From IMG/VR virus record IMGVR_UViG_3300045988_067909: 64,000 nucleotides of DNA; one strand, given 5' to 3'. Made by a program: the position numbers and the translations under genes. Under the pieces are notes generated by a model, which did no database searches, had not been told where the DNA came from, and saw only the letters and a program-made list of their open reading frames with translations. Numbering within the stretch: the stretch's first letter is position 1; every line of letters begins with the position of its first letter. The DNA comes from a virus. Below are positions 59,702 through 64,000 of this stretch, piece by piece.

Positions 59702-60322
59702 ATGATTAAGAACCTAACAGAAACAACTATTTTTCAAACATGGAACTCTCGTCTAGTTGATGAAGTAGGCTTTGATGTTCCATTAGCAAGTTTTAAAGAA
59801 CTATTCCGTCCAATCATCTTCTCTTTGGCTAACTTCTTATCCAAAGTAGGTGGTGCGGACATCACTACATCTGCAGTTACTATTAGTAATACAGATGGCG
59901 TGTTCTTGTGCGCATTGTTGGTTAACCGTACAGTGGACCAAGAAAACAAAACATCCTTTGATGTATCCTTCACTACTGATAAGGAATTAGTTGACAATAG
60001 TGAATTATGTCAATATACTATTGCAGCTTCTGAACGTGAGCTTCAAGAATTCGTAAACAAATTCATCTTGGAAGAAGTTAAAAACCGTTTCCAAACACCT
60101 GAGCTATTATATGATTTCTTACGTGTATTATTCAGTACTATCTTGAATTACACTAATAGCTTGACTCGTGATGAAATCACTGAAGAAGGTCTTGAAATCG
60201 ATATCGAAGATACTATTACTATTGCAGTATCTTTAGATGAAGAGGGTAATCGTGTAGTAGCTATTGAACCAGGTACTGCATTGAAAACCTACGTAAAAGA
60301 TGATAAATGTAACCAGCAATAA
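59702..60322 (+). CDS. Hypothetical acidic protein (206 aa)
   Basis: Strong SD TAGGAGGA. Confidence 0.35.
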   Translation: MIKNLTETTIFQTWNSRLVDEVGFDVPLASFKELFRPIIFSLANFLSKVGGADITTSAVTISNTDGVFLCALLVNRTVDQENKTSFDVSFTTDKELVDNSELCQYTIAASERELQEFVNKFILEEVKNRFQTPELLYDFLRVLFSTILNYTNSLTRDEITEEGLEIDIEDTITIAVSLDEEGNRVVAIEPGTALKTYVKDDKCNQQ

Positions 60323-60371
60323 CAAATAAGATTATACAAATCCAGGGTCTAGGGGTATTTCCCCTAGGTCC

Positions 60372-60380
60372 TTGTATAAT
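60372..60380 (+). promoter_or_regulatory. Extended -10-like element (TTGTATAAT) after a GC-rich hairpin
   Basis: ctagggg-tattt-cccctag (60349..60367) then ccTTGTATAATttttatt, 20 nt before ATG 60402. Confidence 0.25.
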
Positions 60381-60401
60381 TTTTATTAGCGGGGTTAAAT
60401 C

Positions 60402-61067
60402 ATGAAGCGTGCAATATGTGAAGGGAAACTACTTAGTCTGTATGATATAAATACGGACTATAATGATTACTTTATGAATGATACATCATTCATGGGGTAT
60501 ATTGATGAGGGAACTGGTATTATTTATCCTAGCACAACTCAAACTTACATAAGTAAGAATCCAGGTAAAGCTGGATTCTATAAGCATGGTCCATTCTTAA
60601 AGTTTATCGAACCATCTGATGAAGAGAGAGATAACTTTACTTTTGATAAATTGGAACATGTGGATTGGGATAATACATCTAGTATTAGTGACGTAGTAGC
60701 TAAGTCTAAAGAGGCATTCTCTTTGGACAATAGATTACTTAGTAACGTCACACCAGACAATATCTTTGCACCACCAATTCATTCTGATGACTCTCCAGAA
60801 ATGGTTGGTATGAAAACAGCTATTGCAAAGAAGAAGATTGACTTAGACTTATATGGATATCGTTTTGGTGAGAACTTCAATAATGATAAACGTATATTTG
60901 ATAAGCCATCTATGACTTTAAATAAGTTAGTGACTATCTGTGATAAGACAGATATAGACGCTTATCTCATTCTCAAAGACAAGGATGGGGATATCCCTAA
61001 CCCTATGGGAGAAGAGATAGTAGTAAAACTAACTAATGGAACGGAAGAGGAGGGTAACGATGAATAA
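60402..61067 (+). CDS. Hypothetical protein (221 aa)
   Basis: ORF; no motifs. Confidence 0.35.
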   Translation: MKRAICEGKLLSLYDINTDYNDYFMNDTSFMGYIDEGTGIIYPSTTQTYISKNPGKAGFYKHGPFLKFIEPSDEERDNFTFDKLEHVDWDNTSSISDVVAKSKEAFSLDNRLLSNVTPDNIFAPPIHSDDSPEMVGMKTAIAKKKIDLDLYGYRFGENFNNDKRIFDKPSMTLNKLVTICDKTDIDAYLILKDKDGDIPNPMGEEIVVKLTNGTEEEGNDE

Positions 61068-62814
61068 TAGTTGGCAAAGCAAGTTCATTGCCGATTATAA
61101 TGATAAGAATCGTCCTAAGTTTAATGACGTATTCTTCTCTAAATCCGATGATGCTATTATCGAAGACCTAAAAGCTATGCTTATATCTTGTCAACGTGAT
61201 AAGTATTTCACAGTCAAGATTCTAGGATTCGATACTATAGAAGACTATGATGAAGTAAACAGACTTCTCATAGAAAACAATGATAATATCACTGTACCAA
61301 TCAAAGATAGCTATCTTAAGATACTTAAGGTAACCTATTATATTGAGGTCAATGGATATAGTGATACATTTGATGTGTATATAGCAGTGCCTAGAGTATT
61401 CGAAGGTGCTTATATCATCTTAAATGGTAATACGTACTTCCCATCTTTCCAATTAGTAGATGGGAGTACTTACAATAATACATTAGCAAAATCATCTAAA
61501 GTACAAAAGATTACATTGAAGACTGTCTTTGGTGCTTTACGTATGATTCGTAATTTCTATGACTATCAGACCACTGATGGCACTGTACTTAACGGTACAG
61601 TATATTCTATCATGTCTAATGGTGCTTCTTATAAGGGTAAGAAGAATGCAGTAGATAGAAAAGTTCCAGCATTCAAATACTTATTTGCTAAGTATGGTTT
61701 ATACGAAGCATTAAGTCTATTTGGATTCGATAATACTATCTTCATTTCTAAAGAACCTTTTGAAGAAGAAGAGAATTACTATACGTTCAAATGTCAAGCC
61801 ACTACTAGCCGTATAGGTTATGTAAAAGTAGCTAAGATATTATTCGATAATGACCGTGTATATCAATCAGCAGTTATAACTATCTTAGATAATCTTCGTA
61901 GTTTGAAGACTGGATATACAGCAGAGTCATTATTCAATAAAGACTACTGGGTTATTTCTCTTGGTGCACATTTCGTTAAGAATAATATGGAATATGAGAA
62001 AGGCTTATCCGCTCTATATTCTCTAGAAGATCAATACGACATAGTCACCAAGAAGAATATCAGATTACCATATGAATATAAATCTAATATTTATATGATA
62101 CTAAGATGGATGATGGCAGAGTTCTCTAATATTCGACTTAAAGATAACACTGATGTTACCAATAAGCGTATTAGATGGTCTGAATGGATTGCGTCTCTAT
62201 ATGTAATGAAACTAAATACAGGTATGTATCGTTTAAATGATATAGCTAGACGTCTTAAATCCGATACTATAATCAAACGTTTTAGACAATGTATCGATAT
62301 CAAACCTATGTACTTAATATCTGAGTTACAAAAGAGTGGTATCAAAGGTTTCCGTAATATGGTTAATGAACGTGATGCTATATTACAATTAAAGTGGACT
62401 TTCAAAGGACCTACAGGTCCTGGTGAAACATCCAATAAGAATCTCGAGGGTAGACTTAAACGTATTTCTCCATCGCATTTAGGCATCTTGGACTTTAATA
62501 CCTCTTCACCAACTGAACCTGGTACTAGTGGTATTATGTGTCCTTTGAATCAAAGTGTATATGATGGATATACGTTTACTAGTGATGGTGAACCTAATAG
62601 CTGGGATGCATCTTTCAATGAACTTAAACAAAGTTATAGGGATGCTATTGGTGTTAAGTCCGCATTTGAATTAGCAGATGATATCGGAGCTGTTCTTGAG
62701 GGAGCAGATGACGGTAAGAATCGTGCTATCTATGAAATGTATCAAATGGGTAAATCCATAAGCCTAGCTAAACAGTCAAACTATCAACCTGGAGATCTTA
62801 TAGTCGAAGATTAA
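61060..62814 (+). CDS. Multisubunit RNA polymerase beta subunit, N-terminal half (split rpoB)
   Basis: LKRISPSHLGILDF...EPGTSGIMCP aligns with the rpoB block RRISALGPGGL...GRICPIETPEGPNIGL (Rif-cluster/fork region) near the C-terminus of this ORF. Start ATG 61060 after GGAGGG. The 584 and 742 aa of the two halves add up to about one full beta subunit. Confidence 0.55.
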   Translation: MNNSWQSKFIADYNDKNRPKFNDVFFSKSDDAIIEDLKAMLISCQRDKYFTVKILGFDTIEDYDEVNRLLIENNDNITVPIKDSYLKILKVTYYIEVNGYSDTFDVYIAVPRVFEGAYIILNGNTYFPSFQLVDGSTYNNTLAKSSKVQKITLKTVFGALRMIRNFYDYQTTDGTVLNGTVYSIMSNGASYKGKKNAVDRKVPAFKYLFAKYGLYEALSLFGFDNTIFISKEPFEEEENYYTFKCQATTSRIGYVKVAKILFDNDRVYQSAVITILDNLRSLKTGYTAESLFNKDYWVISLGAHFVKNNMEYEKGLSALYSLEDQYDIVTKKNIRLPYEYKSNIYMILRWMMAEFSNIRLKDNTDVTNKRIRWSEWIASLYVMKLNTGMYRLNDIARRLKSDTIIKRFRQCIDIKPMYLISELQKSGIKGFRNMVNERDAILQLKWTFKGPTGPGETSNKNLEGRLKRISPSHLGILDFNTSSPTEPGTSGIMCPLNQSVYDGYTFTSDGEPNSWDASFNELKQSYRDAIGVKSAFELADDIGAVLEGADDGKNRAIYEMYQMGKSISLAKQSNYQPGDLIVED

Positions 62815-62829
62815 AAGGGAGTGTTTATT

Positions 62830-63066
62830 ATGGCGGTAAAAGATATTTACCATCGTGTGTTCATTATGTCTCGTCAACAAATGGAAGAGCTTAAAGAACG
62901 CAATAATCAACTAGGTTTAAAAACAGAATTCGGTAAAGTAATCGTTAATGGAGTTGAACGTGTATATTCTGATATCATTCTTGATATGGCAGATTGCCGT
63001 TACTCTGATGCGGTTAAAGTTATCGAAGGTGACATTCGTGCTATTAAGCACACTGAAGTAGTTTAA
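62830..63066 (+). CDS. Hypothetical protein (78 aa)
   Basis: ATG 62830 after AAAGGGAG; the track's GTG at 62821 is less likely. Confidence 0.3.
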   Translation: MAVKDIYHRVFIMSRQQMEELKERNNQLGLKTEFGKVIVNGVERVYSDIILDMADCRYSDAVKVIEGDIRAIKHTEVV

Positions 63067-63076
63067 ACTAAGTAAG

Positions 63077-63120
63077 TATATAGTATGGGTCTAATGACTC
63101 ATACTATATACATTATTTTT
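63077..63120 (+). terminator. Intrinsic terminator
   Basis: tatatagtatg-N12-catactatata followed by cattattttt. Confidence 0.55.
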
Positions 63121-63135
63121 AAGGAGGAAACAAAA

Positions 63136-64000
63136 ATGAATATTCCAGCTACACTAAGCTTCTCTAAATTAGCAGAAGATCTTAAAAATGCTATCTTCAA
63201 AGATGAAGAAAGATATAGTCTTATGCCTAATTGTGATTACTATGGTGAAAACGCTAGAAATCTGGCTTCATGGATTGGCCGTATCTTTATGGTGCAAGAC
63301 AAAGACATTGATTATAATAAAATACATATTATAATCCATAGATACCCAACAGACAAGTTGATTGGTTTTGTATACTTAGATACTGAAGATGATAATATTA
63401 ATAAAGATGAATTCATCTCAACTATCCGTGTAGATATTGATGGTGAAAATGATTATATGTATAACGAAATTATGCTAATCAACACCAAATCTATATTGAA
63501 TGCATTACAAAATAAGAACTATGATGTATTTATTAGCCTATGCTATGAGCTTACTAAATACATCTATAGAAGTGCTACACCTGAGGCTAATCAGGATGCG
63601 GTAACTGCTATCACATTATACATTGATTTCATGTATAATCAATTATTCTCTGATATGGAAATGCCACATACATATGCTAATAAAGTATACCGTACATTAT
63701 TAGATACAAACTATTGCGACTATAAACCAGTAATTGACGCTATGAAGACATTACGTGGAACTGTTGCTTGTACATACTTCTTACCATTAGTGGGTGAGCT
63801 TCTTATGGAAGCAACTAAGCAACCATACTATACTGAAGAAATCGGTAAAGGTATGGTAGCACGTGTATTTGAAGATGAACGTTTTGAGTTGGTTGTACCA
63901 ATGATTGTCAAGAATTGTTTACAAAAGTTATCTGATGAAAACATATTGACTGCAGCATTAGCACATGCTCCATCTATACTAAAATATCTTGGTGATGAAT
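63136..64000 (+). CDS. Hypothetical protein, 5' part (the ORF runs off the window end)
   Basis: Strong SD TAAGGAGGA then ATG 63136. The reading frame is open to position 64000 by my translation. No motifs. Confidence 0.35.
   Translation, partial: MNIPATLSFSKLAEDLKNAIFKDEERYSLMPNCDYYGENARNLASWIGRIFMVQDKDIDYNKIHIIIHRYPTDKLIGFVYLDTEDDNINKDEFISTIRVDIDGENDYMYNEIMLINTKSILNALQNKNYDVFISLCYELTKYIYRSATPEANQDAVTAITLYIDFMYNQLFSDMEMPHTYANKVYRTLLDTNYCDYKPVIDAMKTLRGTVACTYFLPLVGELLMEATKQPYYTEEIGKGMVARVFEDERFELVVPMIVKNCLQKLSDENILTAALAHAPSILKYLGDE

Overview
This window is a gene-dense, AT-rich (about 30% GC) segment of a large virulent (jumbo) bacteriophage genome. I see no bacterial housekeeping genes, rRNA, tRNA or CRISPR array. 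Extended Shine-Dalgarno sites (AAGGAGG, GAGGTGA) recur in front of start codons, pointing to a low-GC Gram-positive (Firmicutes-type) host; this is inference only.

Left third (88..19415, minus strand): an operon of six genes that includes four giant virion structural proteins (1944, 905, 926 and 1766 aa) and a 536-aa coiled-coil fibre-like protein. All are N/T/S/Y/G-rich, consistent with tail-fibre or baseplate components. Two share an N-terminal domain; two share a tandemly repeated beta-domain of about 95 aa.

Remainder (19688..64000, almost entirely plus strand): a DNA-metabolism and early/middle region. Recognisable genes are:
- a PD-(D/E)xK nuclease;
- an SbcD/Mre11-like nuclease;
- a DnaB-family helicase with a long C-terminal extension;
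- a Dda-like SF1 helicase;
- a two-subunit type IIA topoisomerase (GyrB-like and GyrA-like);
- a dUTPase;
- an HExxH zinc-peptidase-like protein;
- a DNPH1/nucleoside-deoxyribosyltransferase-like protein;
- a tubulin/FtsZ-family GTPase of PhuZ/TubZ type;
- a RecA/UvsX-like recombinase;
- an NAD-dependent DNA ligase;
- two separate ORFs that together make up a split multisubunit-RNAP beta subunit, in inverted order (C-terminal half first, N-terminal half 3.7 kb downstream).

Split RpoB together with PhuZ places the phage in or near the phiKZ/AR9-like jumbo-phage lineage that carries its own multisubunit RNAPs.

Unexplained structures worth follow-up:
- a tandem array of four diverged small membrane/lipoprotein paralogs (29493..30719) with a conserved C-terminal motif;
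- a tandemly duplicated cassette of about 370 bp (about 52951..53688) carrying two conserved 60-aa ORFs between hairpins;
- a Gln/Asn-rich prion-like protein with a zinc ribbon;
- a Thr/Pro/Ser-rich mucin-linker protein;
- a 27-nt motif followed by a hairpin, repeated before two genes;
- two long, hairpin-rich non-coding regions (45366..45858 and 49522..49929).

All function calls rest on motifs I recognised by eye. No database search was possible.
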